Part shown: in pieces, positions 1-9,344 of the stretch
How the letters are laid out: every line of letters starts with the position of its first letter
Numbering within the stretch: position 1 is the first letter of the stretch
Assembly: GCA_963715335.1 (NCBI GenBank)
Contig: CAVQRZ010000022.1
Span: 96,001-160,000 of the forward strand
DNA length: 64,000 bases
Origin: an uncultured delta proteobacterium
GTDB taxonomy: Bacteria; Desulfobacterota; Desulfuromonadia; Desulfuromonadales; BM103
Direction of reading: 5' to 3'
Notes under the pieces: generated by a model
What the model was told of the DNA's origin: nothing
Seen by the model: the letters and a program-made list of their open reading frames with translations, nothing else
Databases searched by the model: none
Made by a program: the position numbers and the translations under genes

Positions 1-1
1 G

Positions 2-145
2 TTTACGCCGATCGTCATGCTGACGACCGAGTCGTCAGAGGAAAAGAAGCGGGCCGGCAGGGAAGCCGGCGCCTCGGGTTGGATTGTCAAACCGTTCAAG
101 CCCGAACAACTCCTCAAGGTCGTCAAAATGGTCCTTGGCGAATAG
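2..145 (+). CDS. cheY: CheY-type response regulator, 3' end (5'-partial)
   Basis: Manual translation FTPIVMLTTESSEEKKRAGREAGASGWIVKPFKPEQLLKVVKMVLGE*; very similar to the C-terminal half of CheY at 11593. Confidence 0.85.
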   Translation, partial: FTPIVMLTTESSEEKKRAGREAGASGWIVKPFKPEQLLKVVKMVLGE

Positions 146-203
146 CCCTGAGCTGCTTGTGATCTGATTTATGGTTGATAAATCCCAGGAAGGCCCCTCA
201 GTC

Positions 204-1049
204 ATGAAAAGATTCGACGCCCGCCTGACTGACAGGGACTTCGAACGTTTCAGCAAACTTGTCTACGAACATTGCGGCATCAAACTCCCCCCTCACAAAC
301 GGAGCATGCTCGAAGCCAGGTTGCGAAAACGTCTGCGCGCCAACGACCTGCATGCTTTTGAAGACTATGCCGAAATGGTCTTTGCCAGTGAAGCTCCCAC
401 CGAAGAACTGGTCAAGCTGATCGACGTTGTGACGACCAATAAAACCGACTTCTTTCGTGAGCCGGCTCATTTCGATTACCTGGTACAGTCCGCACTGCCG
501 TACCTGGTGAACAGCTTCGGTGCCGGGATCAAGCAGCCCCTGAGAGTGTGGAGCGCCGGATGCTCAACGGGCAAAGAACCTTATACCCTTGCCATGGTCC
601 TCAAGGAATACCAGGCCAGGACGCCGGAGTTCCGTTTTGATATCCTGGGCACCGATATCTGTACCGATGTCCTGGAGAAGGCAGTGCAGGGGATCTACGC
701 TGCAGTCAAGGCAGAACCGATTCCTGCTGCCCTGAAAAAGAAATACCTGCTCAAATCAAAAGATCCCGAAAGTCGTCAGGTGCGCATCGTTCCAGAGCTG
801 CGATCCATGATACGCTTTCGCCGCCTTAACTTTATGGACGATAATTTCGGTTTCCGTGAGCCCTTCGACATCATTTTCTGTCGCAACGTCATCATTTATT
901 TCGATCGGCCGACCCAGGAAATTCTCTTGGCTAAACTGGTCGACAACCTGGCTTCCGGACGCTATATTTTCCTGGGGCACTCTGAAACGCTGCTCGGGTT
1001 GAATCTGCCGTTAACGCAGATGGCCCCGTCTGTTTATCGTCGACTATAG
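204..1049 (+). CDS. cheR: Chemotaxis protein methyltransferase
   Basis: TTNKTDFFRE, WSAGCSTG, DIIFCRNVIIYF and LGHSE motifs; alternative start at 171. Confidence 0.95.
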   Translation: MKRFDARLTDRDFERFSKLVYEHCGIKLPPHKRSMLEARLRKRLRANDLHAFEDYAEMVFASEAPTEELVKLIDVVTTNKTDFFREPAHFDYLVQSALPYLVNSFGAGIKQPLRVWSAGCSTGKEPYTLAMVLKEYQARTPEFRFDILGTDICTDVLEKAVQGIYAAVKAEPIPAALKKKYLLKSKDPESRQVRIVPELRSMIRFRRLNFMDDNFGFREPFDIIFCRNVIIYFDRPTQEILLAKLVDNLASGRYIFLGHSETLLGLNLPLTQMAPSVYRRL

Positions 1050-1128
1050 ACCATCAGGCAACCTGCACGACCTGTTGTATATACTGATCTATCGGATTCT
1101 CTGTTGATTAGTTTGAGAGGAGGTCGAC

Positions 1129-2262
1129 ATGTCATCTCATAAGGTTCGTTTTCTGACACAACGATGGGCGACCGCCTTGACCGTGGCCCTGTGCCTGATT
1201 CTGACTGGTTGTGGTGAAGAACCACCGCTGAAAATCGGTTTCGTCGGCGGCATGACCGGCAGAGTCGCCGACCTGGGCGTTGCAGGTCGCGACGGGGTTA
1301 TCTATGCCATTGAGGAAAAAAACCTGGCCGGGGGCATTTCGGGGCGCATGGTCGAACTGGTTGCGCGTGACGATCGTCAGGATGCCGATGTCGCGAAACG
1401 GGTTGTTGGCGAGCTGATAGAGGAGGAGGTCATCGCCATCATAGGCCCGATGACCAGTTCGATGGCGGTTGCCATCAAACCTGTGATTGATGCTGGCCGA
1501 ACGGTCACGATCAGCCCGACGGTCAAGACCGACCAGCTCTCCGCACAGGATGATTTCTTTTTTCGGGTAACCGCCCCGCTCAGCAGCAACGCCAGACGCC
1601 TCGCTGAGCACGTCACGAACAATCTGCATTTGCAAAGGTTTGCGGTTGTCTATGATCTCTCCAACCGGGCCTTTACTGAAACCTGGCTCAATTTTTTCAA
1701 GGCTGCCCTGCAGGAGCACGGCGGTTCAGTCATCGCCGAAGAAGAGTTCAGCTCCGGCCCCGCAGTCCATTTCCTGCCGATCGCAGAGCGGATCGTGGCG
1801 CGTAGCCCTGAGGGAGTGCTCATGCTCGGCAATGCCATCGACACGGCACTTCTCGCCCAGCAGCTCAGCAAGCTGGGAAGTCGAATGCCCCTGTTCTGTT
1901 CGGAGTGGGCGTGCACGACCGACCTGATCAGCTTCGGCGGGCGTGCCGTCGACGGGATGTCTTCGTTCCACAGTTTCAATGCCAACAGTGAGAACCCACG
2001 CTATCTTGAGTTCAGGGAGAAGTTCATCCAACGGTTCGGTTATGCCCCCGCCTTTGCCAACGTGCTGGCCTACGATGCCGCTTCATTTCTGTTTGCCGCA
2101 CTGGCCAACAATCCGGGCCGGGAAGAATTGAAAAAATCGTTGCTGGAGATCGGTTCCTACCAGGGGTTGCAGTCGCAGTTCAAGATTGACCAGTACGGTG
2201 ATGTTGAAAGGCTGCTCTTCCTGACCATAGTAGATGACGGCCAGTTCAAGGTTGTAGATTGA
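1129..2262 (+). CDS. Branched-chain amino acid type (LivJ/Peripla_BP_6-like) substrate-binding lipoprotein
   Basis: LTGC lipobox; LKIGFVGGMTG, AIIGPMTSS, FFFRV and AYDAA motifs; GAGGAGG RBS. Confidence 0.85.
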   Translation: MSSHKVRFLTQRWATALTVALCLILTGCGEEPPLKIGFVGGMTGRVADLGVAGRDGVIYAIEEKNLAGGISGRMVELVARDDRQDADVAKRVVGELIEEEVIAIIGPMTSSMAVAIKPVIDAGRTVTISPTVKTDQLSAQDDFFFRVTAPLSSNARRLAEHVTNNLHLQRFAVVYDLSNRAFTETWLNFFKAALQEHGGSVIAEEEFSSGPAVHFLPIAERIVARSPEGVLMLGNAIDTALLAQQLSKLGSRMPLFCSEWACTTDLISFGGRAVDGMSSFHSFNANSENPRYLEFREKFIQRFGYAPAFANVLAYDAASFLFAALANNPGREELKKSLLEIGSYQGLQSQFKIDQYGDVERLLFLTIVDDGQFKVVD

Positions 2263-5200
2263 TCATGAAATCCCCGACGCCTCTTAGCAAGGCCCTGATG
2301 CTGCATTTTGTTTTGGTCGCAGTCATCCCGATCCTGCTGTTGGGGATATTCGGGCTCCGTTATTTTCAACAAAAGCACATCGAAACCATCTCCCGTCTAC
2401 TCGATACCCATGCCCTGAACGTCAGCGCCGAAGCAACCGGATTTCTGGATGAGACCAACGCAACCCTGGCCCTGATCGCAGCCATGATCGGCACCGAAGA
2501 ATTGCACGGCAGGGAAAAGATTGATCAGTCATCTGCAGATCTCAATTGATGTATCCAAACATTTTGAGTCGATTTATGTCCTCGACAGGGATCACAAAAT
2601 TATTCATCTCGCGTTCTCTAAACACAACACTATCAGCCGGGTCGACTACCTCGGACTGGATCTGTCTGCTCACGAGATATTCTCTGCCAGCCCCATTCTT
2701 GAAAAGCCGGTGTGGTCAGATATCTTCATGTCGGCGGTGACCGCCGAACCGTCGGTCACACTGGGGCTCCCTCTGCAGAACGGTACCCTGCTCGGCACGG
2801 TCAGTTTGAGGAATATCAGCGAGGCGCTGCTCAATCGGATGGGGAGCACTTCATACGGGTTTCAATTTTCCCTGGTTGACCAGAACGGAACCCTGGTTGC
2901 CGATTCAAGGCCGGGGATGACTGACGAGCGGCCGAATCTGCGACGACATCCGGGAGTGATTGCAGCTCTTGACCATCAGCTTGAGATTCCCAGTAAATTT
3001 AACGAGGACAACAGCCTGCTTGAAAGTGTCAGACTGGTCCCGGAAGTCGGCTGGGCAGCCTATGTGAGCCTGCCGGCTGAGGAAGCCTTGCGGGGGATAG
3101 CGCCTTTGCGCTATGTCCTGTTCTCCACACTGAGCATTGCAGCATTGTTTGGCGTGGCGCTCTCTTTCTGGCTGTCGCGGCGGGTGCTCAGGCCGATCCT
3201 GATCCTGCGAGATGCTGCAGGGGCTGTCGCCCGTGGTAGCTATGAACAGGTTTTGCCGCCGGTCATCTATGAAGAGCTTGAAGACCTCAGCGGCAGCTTC
3301 AGGGAAATGATTGCGGCTGTTGAAGAACGCGAACTCTCGGTCAATGAGGGGCAGAGCCGCTATCGGGAGCTGGTCAATTCAGTCGACGGAATTGTCTGGG
3401 AAATGGATCTGTCCAATTTACGTTTCACCTTTGTCAGCGCGCAGGCAGAGCGGATTCTCGGCTACCCGTTACAGAGGTGGCTGGAGGAAGAGGGCTTCTG
3501 GCAACAACACGTGCATGACGACGATCGTGACTGGGTTATCTCTTTCTGCAATACGCAAACCGAGGCACGGCGTGATCACGACTTCGAATATCGCATGATT
3601 GCAGCGGACGGCAGCACGGTCTGGTTGAAAGACCTGGTGACGGTGATTGTCGATGATGGCCGGCCGGTTCGCCTGAGCGGGGTTATGCTGGATATCACCA
3701 ATCGCAAGGATGCTGAGCTGATCCTGCAACAGACTACTGATCGCCTGCAGCTGCTGATCGAGCGCATGCCCTTCGCCTGTATCGTATGGGGAGAGGATCA
3801 CACGGTCGAACTCTGGAACCCTGCGGCGGAAAAGATCTTCGGCTTTGCTCAAGAGGAAGTCGTCGGCAAGCACCCCTTTGAGTCTGCGGCGGCGGATCAC
3901 TTCCGGGCAGATATTGCGGAGATCTGCCGGAGACTTGATGCAGGAGACCTGCTCGCACATAACATCAATGAAAATACCACCAAGGATGGTCGCACGATTA
4001 TCTGTGAATGGTACAATACGCCGCTGCACAGCCCTGAAGGTCGAAACACCGGCCTGATTTCAATGGTGGATGATATCACCGAACGCGTCCTTGCGGAGGC
4101 GGCGCTGAAAGAGAGTGAGTTGCGGTTCAGGACCGTGTTCGAGACCAGCCCGGATATGGTCCTCATTTCCCGACTGGAAGACGGCACAATCCTCAGTGTC
4201 AACGATTACTGCCTGAAAATGTCCGGGTACGCCCGTGAGGAAATGATCGGGAGTACTTCCCTGGAGTTGGGCGTCTGGTTCAAGCCGGAAGAGCGCGACA
4301 GCTACCTGAAGCTGATTAGAGAATACGGGGCAGTTGAAAATTTCGAAATGACGCTACTCACCAAGGCTGGCCGTCAGCGTATCGGCCTGGCGTCAGCGCG
4401 CATCCTGATCCTGAACGATGAACAGTGCCTGCTGAATGTTATCCGCGACATTACCGAGATGAAAGATGCTGAGACACGCATGAGGCGCAGCGAATCGCGT
4501 TTCCGCTCCCTGATCACGGTCATGGGGGAAGGGATCGTCATCCTGGGGTACAACGGTGAAGTCGTCCAGTGCAACCAGGCCGCTGAACGCATCCTGAGGA
4601 TGAAATCCGAGGATGCTTTAGGTTTGCTCCATGATGAACTCTTCACTGGCGCACTGCGCGAGGATGGCAGCCTTCTGCCGATGGAACAAACCCCGTCGAT
4701 GCAGACTCTGCGGACCGGTCAACCGGTAGTCAACCAGGTCATGGGTTTGTCTGGCATCGAAGGCGAGGTCGTCTGGGTGCAGATGAATACCCACGCACTC
4801 GGTCTCGACAAGTCCGGCAAACCGGTGGCCGTGGTCGTCTCATTCGCTGACGTTACCTCTTTGAAAGAGATCGAAGAGGAACTACGTGACAATGAAACGC
4901 ACCTGCAAGCACTCAGCAGGCAGTTCCAGGGCGTACTCGAAGCTATTCCAGACCGGATCCTGATCCTGGACAGGGACATGCGGGTGGTCTGGCTCAACTG
5001 GCCTGAGGAAAGCATCGATTCAGCCAGTGATCTGCAGAACCAGGATTTACGTTGTTACCAGTTGCCCGGCGTCAACTGCGGACCGTCAGCAGGTCACGGT
5101 TCGCCCCTTTGTGACCATTGCCCGGTCCGCAGAACCTTTGATTCCGGGCGGACGGAAATGGTCCATAAAGAGTTGTCCGACGGCCGCACCCTTGCTCTGA

Positions 5201-6000
5201 GGACTTTCCCGGTGTGCAATGAAGGGGGGGAGGTTGTCAACGTCATCGAGATCGCCCAGGACATAAGCGAAGAACTGCGCCAGCAATCCCAGGCAATGCG
5301 CACCGCGCAATTGGCCGCGCTGGGAGAATTGGCTGCGGGCGTCGCCCACGAGATCAACAACCCGATCAATGGTGTGATCAATTATGCCCAACTGATTCTC
5401 AACAGGGCGACAGCCAATTCCCGAGAGCTGGAACTTTCACGACGGATTATCAAGGAGAGCGAGCGGATTGCCACAATTGTTCGCGAGTTGCTGTATTTTG
5501 CCCGCACAGAGAGTGAGGAAGTCAACCAGATTACGATCAGCAGCGCACTTGAAGAAGTCCTGGCACTGACGCAGCACCAGATGGACCGGGAGGGGATCCT
5601 TTTACAGATTCAGCTGTCAGAGAACCTCCCCAAGGTAGCGAGTCGCAGCCACCAGGTTCAAAGGCTGTTCCTTAATCTGATCAGTAATGCCCGTTATGCC
5701 CTCAAGGAAAAATATCCGGAGCCTAACCCTGACAAGATCTTGCGGATCACAGGCAAGATGCTGCAAAAGGACGAGCGGGCGATGGTGCGGGTTGTCTTCA
5801 GGGATCATGGTGTCGGGATCCCGGAAGAGCTTCTGGAGCGGGTCATGAACCCGTTCGTTACAACCAAACCGTCTGCCGAAGGAACGGGGCTTGGTCTGAG
5901 TATCAGTCACGAGATCGTCCAGAAGCACGGCGGGTCACTGACCATTGAGAGCATTCCTGGCAAATACACGGAAGTTGTTGTCGAACTTCCGGCAACCTGA
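2259..6000 (+). CDS. Membrane sensor histidine kinase (Cache-like, HAMP, multiple PAS, HisKA/HATPase); apparent +1 frameshift near 2529
   Basis: ORF 2259..2549 (first TM) joins ORF 2521..6000 if one base is removed; AHEINNP H-box, NARYA, DHGVG and GTGLGL boxes. Confidence 0.9.
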
Positions 6001-6134
6001 TAGATATAACTACCGGTGGGTAGCCTTCTACCCTCGGTGTTTGTCGGTGGAAATCGCAACGACCTGATCTCATTGTGCAGGATTGGATAGAGCCCGGAGG
6101 TCGTTTGACTGTCGCTGCTTCAAGGAGATTGCCC

Positions 6135-6884
6135 ATGAGTTACCGGATTCTGGTTGTCGATGATGAAGAAAGCATCCGTTTTACTTTTTCCGCTTTTCTC
6201 CGTGATGCCGGGTACGTGGTGGAGACAGCGGAGAGTCTCAATGAGGCTCTGGACAAAATTGCGTCAAAGCCCTTTGATGCAATCTTCCTTGATATTCTGC
6301 TGGGGCGCGACTCCGGCATCATCGCATTGCAGGCGAGCCGTGAGAGCCAACCGAATACTCCGGTGATCATGGCCACGGGCGCCCCTGAAATAAATACCGC
6401 TACGGAAGCCGTCCGTTTCGGCGCTTTCGACTACATCACCAAGCCGATTCATCAGGACGAACTCCTGCGCCAGGCAAAGCTTGCGGTGGAGCACAAGGAA
6501 CTGATCGACAGACAAGAGGCTTATCAGTTACGAATGGCTGCAGTTTTCCAGAGCGTCCAGGAAGGGATCATGGTCTTTGACGAAGAGATGAAGCTGCTTG
6601 AGATCAACGCCGCTGCTGTCAGAATACTCTCCTGTGGGAGATCACTCACAGGTCTGAGCCCGAAGGAAATCAGCAATCACTGTCCGCCGCTGGCGTTGCT
6701 TCGGGAGATGATCGAGAAGCGTTGCGAAGGGGATATCTTCCGTCTGGAATCAAAAACCGGTGCCGGCAAGCCGCTGGTTTTCGGCCTGACCATGGCCCCG
6801 TTGACGGGTCATGCCGGACGAGAGCTTGGCACGGTCCTGGTTTTGCGTGACGAGTCGATGCCGATCCGGCAGGTTGGCTCCTGA
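6135..6884 (+). CDS. Response regulator, REC-PAS, no output domain
   Basis: ILVVDDE, FLD, T and KP receiver motifs followed by a PAS-like domain; AAGGAG RBS. Confidence 0.9.
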   Translation: MSYRILVVDDEESIRFTFSAFLRDAGYVVETAESLNEALDKIASKPFDAIFLDILLGRDSGIIALQASRESQPNTPVIMATGAPEINTATEAVRFGAFDYITKPIHQDELLRQAKLAVEHKELIDRQEAYQLRMAAVFQSVQEGIMVFDEEMKLLEINAAAVRILSCGRSLTGLSPKEISNHCPPLALLREMIEKRCEGDIFRLESKTGAGKPLVFGLTMAPLTGHAGRELGTVLVLRDESMPIRQVGS

Positions 6885-6898
6885 GGGCACAACAGATT

Positions 6899-8611
6899 AT
6901 GCTGACGCAACATATCCTGATTATTGATGACGAAGAAAGCCTGCGCTTCACCCTGCAATCTTTCCTTGAGGATGGCGGGTACCTGGTGTCGACGGCCGCG
7001 TCGTTTGCCGAAGCGGAGCGGCTTGTCGAACAGAGCCTTTTCGACCTGGTCTTCCTGGATATCCAACTCGGCAGGCACAGTGGCCTGGACCTGCTCAAGA
7101 TAATCCGTGAAAAGTTCGTACACTGTCCGGTCGTGATGATTACCGGAGTCCCGGAGGTGGCAACCGCAGCCGAGGCCGTGCGCATGGGAGCATTTGATTA
7201 CATCCCCAAGCCCATTCGCCAGGAGACCCTGTTGCGGGTTGCCAAAATGGCCCTCAAACATAAAACGGTCGTCGACCAGCGTGAGCAACTCAGGGCGCAC
7301 CTGACCGCAATTTTTGATAGTGTCAGGGACGGCATCCTGCTGGTTGATCAGGGTCAGAAAATCCTCCAGGCGAACCAGTCTCTGGTCAGCCTGTTTGGCT
7401 TGCCTGACGGCATTATCGGGATGACCCTTGCCCAGTTGCCCCAGAACATTCGGTCGACCTTCATAGCGATCACCGAAAAAATCCTGGTGACCAATGAGCC
7501 GGTCGTCTCACAGCGCATCGAATTGACCGACCCTTCGCAGAAACCGTGTGTCCTGGATATCTCGGCATCCCCCTGCCTTGATGATATCGGCAACCCGTAC
7601 GGAGTGGTGCTGACGGTTCGTGATATGACCCGCCTGGAAAACCTTGAACGCACCTTAAAGAAACGCCAGAAGTTTGAGCATATTGTCGGTCGGAGCGAGG
7701 CCGTACAGGCGATGTTCGGATTGATCGAGAACCTGGCGGAGGTCGACACAACCGTATTGATTACGGGAGAAAGTGGTACCGGCAAGGAGTTGGTTGCCGA
7801 AGCTTTGCATTATCGCAGCAGCCGTCGCGACGGCTCGCTGGTCAAGGTGAACTGCGCGGCCCTGCCGGAAAACCTTCTCGAAAGTGAATTGTTTGGTCAT
7901 CTTAAAGGCTCGTTCACCGGTGCGCTAAGAGACAAGATCGGCCGTTTTGAACAGGCGGATGGCGGCACGATCTTTCTCGATGAAATAGGTGACATCTCAC
8001 CGGCAATGCAGGTGCGTCTGCTGCGGGTCCTGCAGAACAAGGAAATCGAAAAAGTCGGCGGGACCGGGACCATCAAGGTCGATGTGCGCATCGTCGCAGC
8101 CACCAACCAGGATCTGGTGAGAAAGGTTCGCGAAGAAGAATTCCGCGAAGACCTCTATTACCGTCTGAGAGTCGTACAGATCCCAATGCCGCCCCTCCGT
8201 GACCGGCGGGAAGACATTCCGCTGTTGATCGACCATTTCGTCAACTTGTACAACCAGAGGTTCAAACGGAGCATCAGCGGCCTCAACGAATCTGCGCTCG
8301 CGCAGATGACCCGGTATGACTGGCCCGGTAATATCCGTGAACTTCAGCATGCGATAGAACACGCTTTTGTCCTTTGTCGTCAGGAGGTTGTCGATATCTG
8401 CCACCTGCCTCCTGAATTAAATGAGCTGCAGCCGTCGGCTCAGGGCCAAGACAGCGAACCGGATGACGAACTGGTCAGACTCACTGCTGCCCTGGACAAG
8501 ACCGGCTGGAACAAGAGTCGGGCTGCACGCGTCCTGGGTGTCAGTCGGCGAACGATCTATCGCAAGATGGAAGAACTCGGCATCAAGGATGAGGAGGATG
8601 CCGGAGAGTGA
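6899..8611 (+). CDS. Sigma54-dependent activator (REC-PAS-AAA+-Fis HTH)
   Basis: GESGTGKE, ESELFGH-x-KGSFTGA, FLDEIG, WPGNIREL, NKSRAARVLGVSRRTIYRK. Confidence 0.95.
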   Translation: MLTQHILIIDDEESLRFTLQSFLEDGGYLVSTAASFAEAERLVEQSLFDLVFLDIQLGRHSGLDLLKIIREKFVHCPVVMITGVPEVATAAEAVRMGAFDYIPKPIRQETLLRVAKMALKHKTVVDQREQLRAHLTAIFDSVRDGILLVDQGQKILQANQSLVSLFGLPDGIIGMTLAQLPQNIRSTFIAITEKILVTNEPVVSQRIELTDPSQKPCVLDISASPCLDDIGNPYGVVLTVRDMTRLENLERTLKKRQKFEHIVGRSEAVQAMFGLIENLAEVDTTVLITGESGTGKELVAEALHYRSSRRDGSLVKVNCAALPENLLESELFGHLKGSFTGALRDKIGRFEQADGGTIFLDEIGDISPAMQVRLLRVLQNKEIEKVGGTGTIKVDVRIVAATNQDLVRKVREEEFREDLYYRLRVVQIPMPPLRDRREDIPLLIDHFVNLYNQRFKRSISGLNESALAQMTRYDWPGNIRELQHAIEHAFVLCRQEVVDICHLPPELNELQPSAQGQDSEPDDELVRLTAALDKTGWNKSRAARVLGVSRRTIYRKMEELGIKDEEDAGE

Positions 8612-8709
8612 TGAGGCTGCGGGAAAGAGGGAAGGAGAAGGTCGCTCCAGGTCCTGCCGTCCAGTTCTACCTTTTCACCTCCAGGTATTTAGCCGCCTCT
8701 CCGTTCTCT

Positions 8710-8725
8710 GTCACACTCCTGTGCC
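8710..8725. promoter_or_regulatory. Putative enhancer (UAS) palindrome GTCACA-N4-TGTGCC
   Basis: About 150 bp upstream of a sigma54-like promoter; related palindromes occur at 14420, 18161, 18190 and 22553. Confidence 0.5.
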
Positions 8726-8867
8726 ATCGAAATAATCCAAGTTGTCATCCATTCTGCTTGAACCCGTTTCCCCGCTCTTCTCGCCGACTGCGGAAACTGT
8801 CCGTAACATTATGATATTGTTATGTATCTCTAAGCATTTTGGGGAATCTTGTCCGTCCGAACATTGT

Positions 8868-8883
8868 TGGCATAGTTGTTGGA
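8868..8883 (+). promoter_or_regulatory. Putative sigma54 promoter TGGCATAGTTGTTGGA
   Basis: TGGCA-N-TTG with 10 nt after GG; the -12 dinucleotide is GG rather than GC. Confidence 0.55.
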
Positions 8884-8922
8884 AACTCTGCAATAAGTTG
8901 TTCTTTTCGGATGGAGACCCTC

Positions 8923-9344
8923 GTGCCAAAACGCATCTGTATCGTCGACGATCAACACACTATCCGCGAAATGTTGCGTTTCGCCCTGGTTCTGCAGGGT
9001 TTTGAAGTCGTGGCCGCCGTGGATGGCGCCGACGCTCTGGAAAAAATTGTCGAACTCGATATCGATATGATCATAGCCGACTGGCAGATGCCGAGACATG
9101 GATGGCCTCGAGCTGTTGGGGCGACTGCGGACGATCGATGCATTTGCCGATACTGCCCGTCGTCATGATCAGCTGTCGTGACGATATCGAAGCCCGGCAA
9201 AGGGCACGGGAACTCGGCGTACTGAGCTGGTTGAAAAAACCGTTCCGTATTGCTGATCTTCAACTTATTGTTAAAAACGGTTTCTGCAAAACACAGACTC
9301 GTCGTGGCCATTTAATCGACCAAGCTGTCAACGGTTGCCCATGA
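8923..9344 (+). CDS. CheY-like single-domain receiver; two apparent +1 frameshifts (about 9097 and 9152)
   Basis: Reconstructed as MPKRICIVDD...IIADWQMPR/MDGLELLGRLRTIDAFAD/LPVVMISC...WLKKPF; GGAGA RBS before GTG. Confidence 0.75.

Noticed and set aside
7906..7926. GSFTGA instead of GAFTGA as evidence of an inactive activator
   Set aside because: GSFTGA is a common natural variant in functional sigma54 activators
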